Below are positions 29,801 through 39,043 of a stretch of 64,000 nt of DNA, piece after piece. Within the stretch, counting starts at the first letter, position 1; each line of letters begins with the position of its first letter. A program made the translations under genes and the position numbers. Source of the stretch: a virus (lineage: Duplodnaviria; Caudoviricetes); the IMG/VR virus record IMGVR_UViG_3300037067_008519, positions 32,001-96,000 of that record; one strand, 5' to 3'. The notes under the pieces were generated by a model. The model saw only the letters and a list, made by a program, of their open reading frames with translations. It had not been told where the DNA came from and searched no databases.

Positions 29801-32073
29801 ATATCAAATGTATTTATTCACAGATTCAGACAGGTATGAAAATATACTCCTATTTATGGGTAAATTGGGGCGGGGATTGCCAAGATTGGGAAAGCCCGGC
29901 ATTTAATAAAAGATATAAATTATGGGAAAGTGTCGGTTCTTATCCAGAAAGGGGCACTTTTTTAACTTTAGATAATTCTTTGTGGATGCTAGCTCAACAT
30001 TGGGAAGATGGTTTAGTAAAACTTAAAATGCATAGTTTAGATAGTACAATATTATCATCTCCTGATTACTGGTCTTCTGTGGACACAGGTTTTTACCGAC
30101 CTCTGGAGGGGATTAAAAAATATTTTACTAATTTAAATTGGGAAGCTTCTAGGTATAATCAATTTTTTATTTGTTCTGATTTTGTAAATAATCCTGACGG
30201 TAATAATTTCTCTAGAGAGAATGGTTTTTTTACCACGCATCATCCTGAATGGATTTCTAGCCCAAAACCCGCCTTTACTAATGAAATGATTATAGCTTTT
30301 ATACCTATTGGTGATAGTATGATGATGCTTTCTACCGCCGGAGACGGGTTGATTAGAAAAAGAATGTTAGGCGAATCTACCACCCGTTATGATATATCTA
30401 ATTGGGTAACTGACTTTACTATAAGTAAAACTCTTGAGGGTTCTAGCGATAATGCCTCGATAACTTTAAATAATGTTGGTGGGGAATTTAATCCTATATC
30501 AGCTAGTGGTATGTTTAGAGAAATAATCCCAGAAGCTTATTATGATAGAAAACCTCGTATATTTAATATTTATATGTCTTCTCATTCTGCTGATGAACAG
30601 CCATATTTTTCTAGAATAACAAATACAGACCCAGACCATAATTTTGATGAAAAAAGAGTATTTACTGGAGTATTGGGACAAATTGAGAATTCAGCTAGTT
30701 ATGAGGATAATTCCTTACCCCTTTCCATTTATGATTTTAGTTATCAACTAAATAAATTTAATGCACCTGAAAGCTACGTGTATGCCTCTCCCCCACAGGT
30801 TTTCTTCGATGATTTTTGTGATAGTTATGCTATGGGTGTAAGTGATAAAGCTCTTTCTATTCGTAATTATCCAGATTCTACTATTTGGGTTGAAAGTAGT
30901 AATAATAGTGCCTTTAGCATAGACCCATATGAAAAATATATGGAGCATATTTATGATAATTATCACTATATCTGTACGAAGAACTTCCCCGGAAATTTCT
31001 CTGCTACCTTAGCCTGTTCTATTAAAATGCCCACTTTTTGTGATTTTACTCTATGGTGGTCAAGACAAGATTTTATTAGATTCTATCCTGCTAGTGGGTT
31101 TGCTGCGATATATGATTCTAACGGAGTTGATTATGGTCATTTTGATATAAGTAATATGATTGAGAATGATTGGAATGATATTAAAATAGCTGTTGGTCCT
31201 TCCTATGTAGATTTATCTATAAGAAATACTTCTAAGGGAAGGGTATATGGTAGAGGCTATAGTGCTGGGATATATTGTTTCTTGTGGGGGCCGAGTGCCC
31301 ATAGTTATCTCCGAAGCCCCAGAATTACGAAAAGCCAAACAGGATTATTTGAGAAAACCGATACTTGGATAGTTAAAGACGTACTGTATAAAGCAGCGCA
31401 ACACATTATTCCCGTTAACGAAACATCCTTTATGATTCCTGAAAACGAAGAGGACGTATTAATAGGATTTATAGTATGGCGAGAAGGTGAATCTGCTTAT
31501 TCATTCTTAGACCGACTTTCTAAACGATACAATAAGCGTTTTTACTTTGATAATCTAGGACGCATAATATGGAAGAATCAGGAATTGGATTTGGTAACTA
31601 GGACTTTGGAATCTAAGCACATAGAGAGTGTTAGACAGAGCTATTCTAATTTTGACTATGTTAATTGGATTGGGGTTTATTCGGATAATAATGGTAGTCC
31701 AATTAAGGGCAGAGCAGGCAGCGCAGAGAGTATCATGACAGATGGGACACGATATGAATTAGTGGAGGACGGTTCATTTAAAACCCGAAAAGATGCTAAT
31801 TTGAAGGCTGCTGGAGAGTATTATTCTAGAAATGACGGGTTAGAGGTATTGTCTTGTAATTTAACTGTGCCCCTCTTTACTGTTAGGCCGGGGGATTTAA
31901 TAAAAGTTAGTGATCCTGAAGTAACACGTATAGAATCCGACTATATAATCAGGGGTACGTCCTTTTCCTATAACAATAATGACAAGAGCTGGGAGATAGG
32001 GTTAGAAATGGATTCTAGGATTAAGGCATTAAGAGAAGGCGTTGGAAAACAAATACTTGGGACGTTTATTTAG
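26827..32073 (+). CDS. Baseplate hub/Tal-like protein with large receptor/carbohydrate-binding insertions
   Basis: 1748 aa. Hub-like C-terminus ('FYFDNLG', 'PGDLIKV.D') and a PA14-like 'VDDGVKIY...L.AGWN.L.FKV.N' segment. Confidence 0.65.
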   Translation: MSVSKTMRQATPIITHNLTYSNNEYTLQPDNSDGYVVFELYLQRVKAWQDFNYTVIADNIDTFVSYSTQSSHDGVAWGYWNTGFTCPAAKYLRIRFDLRTTDGDKTSRLQDFVLTFDDNIVINEEEEWIKTTQGAATDVDAKVEVELKNQYWSGATELDTRIKYPFSPMDASSEIQALDFFKIDDDTILALVPFDKYPNTTINGNFYGLKVYSFNPKSGAISGISSDVTGIYGVTIGQPARINKYKGENGDYWVTFVSGLKLISAKSTGNWNSWSQTVIYDAESRYDVSNPTDMNHYHMYLLTNGTEWKCSSQFVINPTWESDVGTVRILDYSGFYYLSRTDYSPGIRLGDFIQNGDSGWFTLSFVGKSITLKGSARTTCHIDAYKYKNGGWEWATSNQYQYDGSLDVTVDFGNYNTHIVKLVVTSSGLAQTDTLSPITGTDYFTTYISDLPWWQWNWGLSNWDFQKGNNWLYLGAKQDVIYNNGWQSDWKLDVHNLPHPYNLCGIYRIEYDVVSDVRWWDWEFRCYTDFGFWYYDTHDDPWCVVDRSSHHYNQYVQAEWDAPGFIIGDPVSFIAFGLRWHTNNGIWTCRQLHPDWEPAHVTLQNIKTYFKPTHHSPPYRYKFESAEINAEWQASYAKNTDLIFNDAYISVAGEMRNTEFISDALLIGYWDGYGSADEALNSANQIDFSLDPAPGDIENTKIWVKWFSTDVDCYNFREFPTWDGEPGPEKCVAWMMVYVYNPSAGDSSYILKYGVDDGVKIYSVKPDGTVTLEDTQTGERDMQPDEFPNCAITLGAGWNKLYFKVSNGTGTGWPNRWSIKARIVDANDKLPDGMIISTTKSTTGEIAYISLQSKEDKAIGYDFTETTNSNTIDKWSRVHTMGSIKEGTKSGYSYSSLEYICQDYYPQSSEKGNIMYVQYDIRANIPADWHVEIYMDAVLKTEYGSGYYNLTDRFEVSSTAIGAGHIGFALKYWGAGTSSPGDISQCYVEIFNIKCIYSQIQTGMKIYSYLWVNWGGDCQDWESPAFNKRYKLWESVGSYPERGTFLTLDNSLWMLAQHWEDGLVKLKMHSLDSTILSSPDYWSSVDTGFYRPLEGIKKYFTNLNWEASRYNQFFICSDFVNNPDGNNFSRENGFFTTHHPEWISSPKPAFTNEMIIAFIPIGDSMMMLSTAGDGLIRKRMLGESTTRYDISNWVTDFTISKTLEGSSDNASITLNNVGGEFNPISASGMFREIIPEAYYDRKPRIFNIYMSSHSADEQPYFSRITNTDPDHNFDEKRVFTGVLGQIENSASYEDNSLPLSIYDFSYQLNKFNAPESYVYASPPQVFFDDFCDSYAMGVSDKALSIRNYPDSTIWVESSNNSAFSIDPYEKYMEHIYDNYHYICTKNFPGNFSATLACSIKMPTFCDFTLWWSRQDFIRFYPASGFAAIYDSNGVDYGHFDISNMIENDWNDIKIAVGPSYVDLSIRNTSKGRVYGRGYSAGIYCFLWGPSAHSYLRSPRITKSQTGLFEKTDTWIVKDVLYKAAQHIIPVNETSFMIPENEEDVLIGFIVWREGESAYSFLDRLSKRYNKRFYFDNLGRIIWKNQELDLVTRTLESKHIESVRQSYSNFDYVNWIGVYSDNNGSPIKGRAGSAESIMTDGTRYELVEDGSFKTRKDANLKAAGEYYSRNDGLEVLSCNLTVPLFTVRPGDLIKVSDPEVTRIESDYIIRGTSFSYNNNDKSWEIGLEMDSRIKALREGVGKQILGTFI

Positions 32074-32092
32074 ATGAGGCACGAAGGCGGGG

Positions 32093-35000
32093 ATTAGCAT
32101 TATAGATAAAAGCGACTATAATATAATTTTAGAGATAGTACAATCCTTAATAGGAGAAAACCTAGGTAAAACTATTACTAAGGGTAGGATTTCCTCTATT
32201 GATTACTCTACGGGTACGGCTATAGTTGTTATAAATGACCGTAGTTATACTCCTGTTACTTTAGACCCTTCTGCTGGTTATTCTCCGGGCGACCCTGTAA
32301 TTATTCTGGAACCTATTATTGGCGGCGGCGGGCAAGCACAGCCTATTATAATTGGCAAAGACGAGGGCGGGGCACCCATACCTCCAGGTGGAAATGAATT
32401 AGTAATCAATGGAGATTTAAGAGACGATGCCTTTGGATGGCTAGGACAGGACGCTACAGTATCAGTCAGCACAGATTTCGCTATTAGTGGTATTTATTCA
32501 TTAAAGATTATACCTGATGCTGCTTACCAAGATTGCGGTACTTATCAAGATATTAATGTGGTTGCTACTATCCCCGGTGAATTATATAAACACGAGGCTT
32601 CTTTCTTTACTCAATCCACCAACGGGATAGAGATAGTGTTAGACGGTGAATGGTATGACAAGGATGGTAACTCGCTAACCAATGCCCCCTATAATAAGAG
32701 TAATAGAGTAATCATCACTAACAACGATTCTTGGGTTACATTAACTATGTATAATAGGTGTCCTCAGAATGCTGTATATCTTACTGTTAGGTTCTTAGCT
32801 AAGTTCTATGATGCAGAGGATATTCTTTATGTAGATAATATGTCTTTCTTTGGAAAGAGTTCTGCCATCCCCGGCGGGACGGTTACCCACCTTCATTCAA
32901 GAAACTATGATAAGACTCCTTGTTTAGATGTTATTAATCTTACTGCGGCAGCGGGAATGGAAGTAATAGTAGATAAATATAATTTCTTTATGGACCTCGA
33001 CTTTGACCACATTGATACTTCAGCTTATGGCCCTAGTGGTACATGGGATAATACAGACTTTGACCACTATGAGGTTTACTATGCGCCTTCCGGTTCTGAT
33101 TGGATTACATATGGTAATGTGGTAATTACCCCGCCCCAGACTTCAGGAGCCAGCATCAGTTACAAGATAAATCATTTAGGTGAGAACACTAATTACAACG
33201 TAATGGTGAAGACCTGTGACCTACAGGGGAATAGAAGCAGTGGCGCGGCACTATACAATATCCTTAGCTCTGGAAATAAGTTTCCCCACGCACCTGAATT
33301 TGTTGATGATAAGTGTAGCTTTTTAACTGAGAATGCTGAGATATTCTGGAATCCTGTTACTACTAACGAGGATGATACTTCCTCAGCTATTGGTGGATTA
33401 AGTTCAGATACTAAAGATTATAAAATAGAAGTTGTGGTAGGTGGCACAGAAAAACGAGTCGAATATACAAATGCTACACATTATACTTACAAACTTGGTA
33501 ATAACAAATCAGACAATGGCACACCTAATCCTGTGATTACTTTTAATATTTATACTAGAGATTTTGGGGATAAAATAAGTTCAGGGACTCAAAAAATATT
33601 AACTAACTATGCTCCTGATATTGTGGAAGGGCTAACTGCGGATTTTACTACTAAAGATGCTATCTTTTGGTGGAACCCCGTTATCACTGATAGTGAAGAT
33701 GCTGCTCTGCTGGATTTCGATACCTATGTATTAACAATCACTCCAAGCGGAGGAAGTCCTACTACCCTTTACACACAAGATGCCAGATACACCTATAAGT
33801 TTGAAGACAACGTAGATAATATTCCTAATGTAAACCTAAAAGTACAGGCAAGAGATAAATTTGCACAGTTAGGAACTAGTGGTAATTCTACAGCTATTAA
33901 TTCTGTTCCCGATAAAGGCCCAACACCGGAAGTTCAGACGGGTTTCAAAAAAGTATTGATACACTGGACTTCTCCTGAAGAGATAGCCCAATTAGATTCA
34001 GATGAAAAAGATGTTGAGAGAATACAATTATGGTCTAGTGGTAATTCTGATTATTCGTTATTATCTGAACAAACTAACAATTTTTTTGTGCATGATGTAG
34101 AATTAAATTCTACTCATAAATATAAGGTAAGATTTATTGATTGTTTTGGTCAAAGTGGTTCTTTGAGTGAAGCATCAAATGAAGCTTTTACTAATGATTA
34201 TATCACTTTAAGAGATATGGAAGGTTCGGCTTATCAACTAATTCCGACTTCTTCTTATGAAGATACTTATATAGGGGCAAGCGATGAAAATGATATATCT
34301 AGACTTTATGATTCCTATTCTAATTCCTATGCTTATTTTGGTTCAGGAGAACAATGGATAGAATATGAATTTCCAGTTTCCCATACTTTTAATAAAGCTG
34401 TGGTTAATTTTCCAACAGACAATATTTATAAATATTTCTATGCTTATCGTCCTAATAGTGGTGATTCTTGGATATATGTTGCTGGTGGCGACCATAATAA
34501 TTTAGTAGAATATGTTGATACTATTATTAGTGGAGAATCTTGGACAGGTAAGACATTAGCTTATCAATCTTTAATAACTGCGAGTGGCACACAAGCCGTT
34601 GATACTTTTGATTATATGAGAGATGCGCGGTATTGGAGATTTTATTTTCCGAGCGGTGATTATGTATGGGATGAAAATAAACTATGTGAATTAAAATTTT
34701 CTACTTATGTAATAGCTGATGAAATAGATACAGGTACGATTAATTTAGCTAAAGGTATAAATCTTTATAATAATGAAACTGGATCTGGATTTCATATGGA
34801 TGAAACAGGAGCTTTTTTTGAGAATGGATATATCAGTGTTTTAGGTGATGGGTATACAATAATTCAGGATGGAGAGATTTGGGTTAAATCATCTGGAGCA
34901 TCGAGTGAGGGCAGATTAAATGATTTTTTTGAAGATGAAGAGGGCACTACAAGAATTCGTGGTGGATATATAAAAACAGGAACTATTGATACTGAGATTC

Positions 35001-36436
35001 TTAGAATCATGGGCAAAGGATATTTCCAAAACTATGTGAGAAACCCGTCTTTAGAGGTTCCAAATACTTTAGATACTGTACCGAGTGAATGGGAAATTAT
35101 TCTTGGCAGTAGCGGATCATTTACATATGGGAATAATGCGGCTTTTGCCAAATATGGTAGACGATATGCTGAATTTAGCCCCGGTTCTGGTGGTATGCCT
35201 TGTGATTTTTATATTAGAACATCAGGTTCTTATCCAGATGGTAAATATATCATACCTATTAATAATGATGCTCTTGAAGGTAGATATTACACTATAAGCT
35301 GTTATGCTTCTACCGATTCTAATTCTTATGCTGAGGCTTGGGTAGATGAGGTTGATCAATCAGGAAGCACTATAGCTAGTCATTATCTTTGTAGCGCTTG
35401 GGGGGCTGCTTGTTTACAAGCTATGACTCGTCATGTAGTCACATTCACTCCTAGTAGTGGATCTTCTGGAATTTTGTTTAATGCAAGACAAGACCAAAAT
35501 ATGTTACATTCTGGAAGTGTGAGATTTGATGCTTTTCAATTAGAAGAAGGAAATCAGGTTACAGATTTTAAAGTTACTTATGAATTGGGTACAGTAGTAA
35601 TAGATTCTAGTGGTATCGTTGTTGACCATGGGCCTAATAAAGCTAGGACTATTATTAATGCTGATGGGATAACTGTTGAACGAGGAAGTATTTTTATTAA
35701 TAATAGTGAAAATATTGATTTAACAGATCAAATAAGTATTGGTGATAATTTGATATATAACCCTACTTTTAGTTTGACGAAGTTTGACGGAGATAAGAGA
35801 ATACCTGAAGGTTGGAATTTATTTTCTGGAAGCTATCCCATCACTTCCCATTATTCTGTTGAAACAGGAAATCCTATTAATGAAGAAGGAATCGGTATTA
35901 GTTATTTGAAGATAAACCCCTCTGGTTCTGGTATACATAATTTTTCTTCTATGAAAATACCTGTTGAGGAAAATAGTATTTATTCATTATCTACTTATTA
36001 TTATGTTCCCTCTGGTACTTCTGATTTAGATATGGTGTTTTATCTTTATTATTCTACAAATTCAAATAATATTAATAGTTTATATGATACTAGTTCAGAT
36101 AACATGTTAATTCCTCGGGGAGATGTTTTTGAGTATTTATATGATGGGGATTATCCCGTCATTGAAAGTATCTGGCGAGAGAAACAGTGGGAAGATATTA
36201 GGATAAATAATGATGGATATCTTTATATTATGGGAACTGTTAATCCTGATAATGACTGTGTTACTACAGATGTTAGATTTACAGGCATTCGTCTTGAGCG
36301 GGGGGATAGATGCACGAAAAGAAAACAACAAGAAATTGAGATGATTGAGAAAAAATTAAGTTTATATAAAAAGGGAATGGCTAAAAGTATGCAAGGAAAA
36401 TATATAATAGAGGGCTTAGACCTTAGTATAGGGTAA
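32093..36436 (+). CDS. Central tail fibre/spike with FN3 and CBM-like domains; extends 155 codons upstream of the track start
   Basis: Frame is stop-free from 32078 to the GTG at 32558. Probable ATT start at 32093 after AAGGCGG. FN3-like repeats and 'N.V.NP..E', 'FDAFQLEEG...T.F' CBM4-like motifs. Confidence 0.7.
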   Translation: MSIIDKSDYNIILEIVQSLIGENLGKTITKGRISSIDYSTGTAIVVINDRSYTPVTLDPSAGYSPGDPVIILEPIIGGGGQAQPIIIGKDEGGAPIPPGGNELVINGDLRDDAFGWLGQDATVSVSTDFAISGIYSLKIIPDAAYQDCGTYQDINVVATIPGELYKHEASFFTQSTNGIEIVLDGEWYDKDGNSLTNAPYNKSNRVIITNNDSWVTLTMYNRCPQNAVYLTVRFLAKFYDAEDILYVDNMSFFGKSSAIPGGTVTHLHSRNYDKTPCLDVINLTAAAGMEVIVDKYNFFMDLDFDHIDTSAYGPSGTWDNTDFDHYEVYYAPSGSDWITYGNVVITPPQTSGASISYKINHLGENTNYNVMVKTCDLQGNRSSGAALYNILSSGNKFPHAPEFVDDKCSFLTENAEIFWNPVTTNEDDTSSAIGGLSSDTKDYKIEVVVGGTEKRVEYTNATHYTYKLGNNKSDNGTPNPVITFNIYTRDFGDKISSGTQKILTNYAPDIVEGLTADFTTKDAIFWWNPVITDSEDAALLDFDTYVLTITPSGGSPTTLYTQDARYTYKFEDNVDNIPNVNLKVQARDKFAQLGTSGNSTAINSVPDKGPTPEVQTGFKKVLIHWTSPEEIAQLDSDEKDVERIQLWSSGNSDYSLLSEQTNNFFVHDVELNSTHKYKVRFIDCFGQSGSLSEASNEAFTNDYITLRDMEGSAYQLIPTSSYEDTYIGASDENDISRLYDSYSNSYAYFGSGEQWIEYEFPVSHTFNKAVVNFPTDNIYKYFYAYRPNSGDSWIYVAGGDHNNLVEYVDTIISGESWTGKTLAYQSLITASGTQAVDTFDYMRDARYWRFYFPSGDYVWDENKLCELKFSTYVIADEIDTGTINLAKGINLYNNETGSGFHMDETGAFFENGYISVLGDGYTIIQDGEIWVKSSGASSEGRLNDFFEDEEGTTRIRGGYIKTGTIDTEILRIMGKGYFQNYVRNPSLEVPNTLDTVPSEWEIILGSSGSFTYGNNAAFAKYGRRYAEFSPGSGGMPCDFYIRTSGSYPDGKYIIPINNDALEGRYYTISCYASTDSNSYAEAWVDEVDQSGSTIASHYLCSAWGAACLQAMTRHVVTFTPSSGSSGILFNARQDQNMLHSGSVRFDAFQLEEGNQVTDFKVTYELGTVVIDSSGIVVDHGPNKARTIINADGITVERGSIFINNSENIDLTDQISIGDNLIYNPTFSLTKFDGDKRIPEGWNLFSGSYPITSHYSVETGNPINEEGIGISYLKINPSGSGIHNFSSMKIPVEENSIYSLSTYYYVPSGTSDLDMVFYLYYSTNSNNINSLYDTSSDNMLIPRGDVFEYLYDGDYPVIESIWREKQWEDIRINNDGYLYIMGTVNPDNDCVTTDVRFTGIRLERGDRCTKRKQQEIEMIEKKLSLYKKGMAKSMQGKYIIEGLDLSIG

Positions 36437-36442
36437 TAAATT

Positions 36443-38026
36443 ATGGCACAAATTGATTATGTAATAAGTAAAGATGCTGGAGTTAATATGTACAATCCAT
36501 ATACAAATTATGGTTCTGATTCTATAAATCAAATGGGATGGCAAACTAATAATAATATTTTTAGATATTTGCTATATAGTAGTTCTTTTTCTTTTACCCC
36601 GAACATAGTGGGGGTTTATTTTTATTTTAATGTAGCGGCGACAACCGGAACTCAATATACAATATCTAGCTTATCTGCAGATTGGGGGGAAACAAGTGTT
36701 ACATTTTATAATGCTCCTTTTAACTCTGATTTTTATAATGAGACATTACAACTAGTAGATGGTAGTTTATATCGTATTAGAATTAGGAACTACTTTTGGG
36801 GTTTGATAAATAACCATGGTATATGTATAGGTGAAAGAACTCAATATCATCTTCTAAATATATACAGTAAAAATTCTATTACGCCTCCGTTTATAAGATG
36901 TTACTATGCTAATAATCCAATGTTTGAGGATGGTTCTTGTTATCAAAATGGTAATAATGTAGCAAGACTTAGGTGGACTAGTTTGTCTTCAGAAGGATAT
37001 TTTAATAAATATATTATTAGAAGGGATTCTGATGTTGGAAATATTGTTTATCAGGGAATTGGTACGGCTGTAGATACAACTCAAACAAATGGTACAACTA
37101 AAACTTACTATGCAAAGGGATATTATGTTGGGGATACCTCTGTGGAATCTTCGACGTATGACACCGTGAATGTAACGGTTATGAATATCCCTTACAATGT
37201 AAGTGTTTCAGCAGGTAATAGACAAGCTACAATTAATTGGACAGGTTGGGCTGAAGCAGCACATTATCATGTTTATCATAGTACTACTGGTTATGGTTAT
37301 TCATTAATAGCAGATAATGTAACAGGAACATCTTATACTCATAGTAATATAGCTTCTGGAATACATTATTATGCCATAACAGCTTCTTATGCTGTAGGGG
37401 AATCTGGAAATTCTGTGCCTGTCAACTGTTCTGTTACATGTAATCCTCCCGTTAACGTAATAGTTACCGGGTATAATCGACAGTCTTTGATAAATTGGTC
37501 AGCTTGTAGCCCTCAACCACAATATTATGAACTTTACCATTCTACCAACGATAAAGACTATTCTCTTGTATCTTCTACTATTCCTAGCAGCCAGCTTAGT
37601 TATTCTCATACAAATATAAGATCAGGAACTAGATATTATAAATTAAAGGCTAGATATTCGGATGGTGATATTTCGGGTTATTCTACTCCAAATTCAGGTA
37701 TAATTGTTTGTGATGGTCCATCAGATATAGGATTATTTACTGATTCTGATGATGATTTAGGAGTAATAAAGATAGGAAATAGTTCTACAGGGAGTTTTGA
37801 AAATCCCGGTGAATGGATAGCCCCACCTACAACTAATCCGACTGAATACAAAATATATAGAGCCTATTCGCCATTAGGGGTGCATGATGCCCCAATAATA
37901 TCTTATACAATGATAAGTACAGTCAGTTCTCCTAAAAGCTATATAGATTTAGATTTGTATGACGGAACATGGTGGTATAGAATAACAGCATTTTATGGAA
38001 CAGGAGAAACGGAGGAAAGCGCATAA
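36443..38026 (+). CDS. Tail protein with DNRLRE-like and FN3 repeats
   Basis: 'SKDA.VN...P.TNYG', 'WGETSVTF.NAP', and repeated 'I.W.....Y..Y.S.....Y.....YY...A.Y..GES'. Confidence 0.65.
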   Translation: MAQIDYVISKDAGVNMYNPYTNYGSDSINQMGWQTNNNIFRYLLYSSSFSFTPNIVGVYFYFNVAATTGTQYTISSLSADWGETSVTFYNAPFNSDFYNETLQLVDGSLYRIRIRNYFWGLINNHGICIGERTQYHLLNIYSKNSITPPFIRCYYANNPMFEDGSCYQNGNNVARLRWTSLSSEGYFNKYIIRRDSDVGNIVYQGIGTAVDTTQTNGTTKTYYAKGYYVGDTSVESSTYDTVNVTVMNIPYNVSVSAGNRQATINWTGWAEAAHYHVYHSTTGYGYSLIADNVTGTSYTHSNIASGIHYYAITASYAVGESGNSVPVNCSVTCNPPVNVIVTGYNRQSLINWSACSPQPQYYELYHSTNDKDYSLVSSTIPSSQLSYSHTNIRSGTRYYKLKARYSDGDISGYSTPNSGIIVCDGPSDIGLFTDSDDDLGVIKIGNSSTGSFENPGEWIAPPTTNPTEYKIYRAYSPLGVHDAPIISYTMISTVSSPKSYIDLDLYDGTWWYRITAFYGTGETEESA

Positions 38027-38961
38027 TGACAAACCCTAATCCAACTTTTATAGAAGTAACAGATGTACCGACCGATAGACTAATTATTGGAGAAGGTTAT
38101 GTAAACATTCATGGAGAAATACTTTATATTCCTTCAGGAACTTTTATTCCCGCTAGTGGAGATTCTAAATATTTTAATGGTAATAATGGTACATGGTATA
38201 TATTTATTAGTCCCAATGATAATGCCCAAGAATATTATTATGGAAATAATTTTACTCTGAGAACTAGCATAGTCAATTCCGGTTCTTCTGATGAAATGCT
38301 TATAGCATCGGTTAATAAGATTAATACTGATTTGTCTTCCTTAGTGCCTCATAGTGGTAACTTTAATATGATACTTGATGATGCTGTTTCTGCTAGGACA
38401 ATAAATTCAGATGTAGCTGGCAGCGGTCTTATGCAAGATATAGATGGATCATTAAAAGTAAATGTTGATGATGTTACCCTACAAATAGTCTCTGATGTAG
38501 TAAAGACCAAAAATGTTCCCGGCCAGCTCATGACCAAGGCCGCAGCCCCTATCACCCTCGGCGGTGCCGCTGACTGGTACACGTCTTCAGCCGCTTGGTA
38601 CACGATCCGCAACGGGGACACGCCCGCCAAGTACCTGGAATACAACTATACTGCCCCCGCTGATGGCATCCTCCTGTTCCTTGTTTCAATGCCGTGCAAA
38701 CACGCTGCCGCCGCAGCGATTGTCTCGTTGCGGATTTGGGAGAACGCGGCGGGTATTCAAATCCCTGCGGGCTGGGCACCTTCCCCCATAACCAGTGCTA
38801 GTTATTTTCTGCCAGCGTTTCTTTTCGCCGCATATCCGGTCACAAAAGATACGGCCTATGAGTTCAAGGCACAGTTCTACTTAGCAGCCGGGGCTGGCTA
38901 CAATCTTACCATTGACCGTACTTCGTCCCAGATGATTATTCTGCCTTGGACCAACCCATAA
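38026..38961 (+). CDS. Tail fibre/receptor-binding protein with GC-rich C-terminal domain
   Basis: Fibre shaft motif 'VAGSGL...L.VNVDD.TLQI' followed by an abrupt compositional shift at about 38517. Confidence 0.65.
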   Translation: MTNPNPTFIEVTDVPTDRLIIGEGYVNIHGEILYIPSGTFIPASGDSKYFNGNNGTWYIFISPNDNAQEYYYGNNFTLRTSIVNSGSSDEMLIASVNKINTDLSSLVPHSGNFNMILDDAVSARTINSDVAGSGLMQDIDGSLKVNVDDVTLQIVSDVVKTKNVPGQLMTKAAAPITLGGAADWYTSSAAWYTIRNGDTPAKYLEYNYTAPADGILLFLVSMPCKHAAAAAIVSLRIWENAAGIQIPAGWAPSPITSASYFLPAFLFAAYPVTKDTAYEFKAQFYLAAGAGYNLTIDRTSSQMIILPWTNP

Positions 38962-38990
38962 AAGGGGTAAATGTGTCTATAATTTATGGT

Positions 38991-39028
38991 TTGATAATTT
39001 TTTTGATTTTGGTGTTAATACATAGTAG
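38991..39028 (+). promoter_or_regulatory. Conserved 38-bp putative late promoter, copy 3
   Basis: TTGATAATTTTTTTGATTTTGGTGTTAATACATAGTAG upstream of HNH + endolysin. Confidence 0.7.
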
Positions 39029-39043
39029 AGAGGAGGTAATGGA

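Noticed and set aside
38515-38961. Diversity-generating retroelement target
   Set aside because: No reverse transcriptase or template repeat seen in the window. The signal is a compositional shift, not adenine-specific variation.
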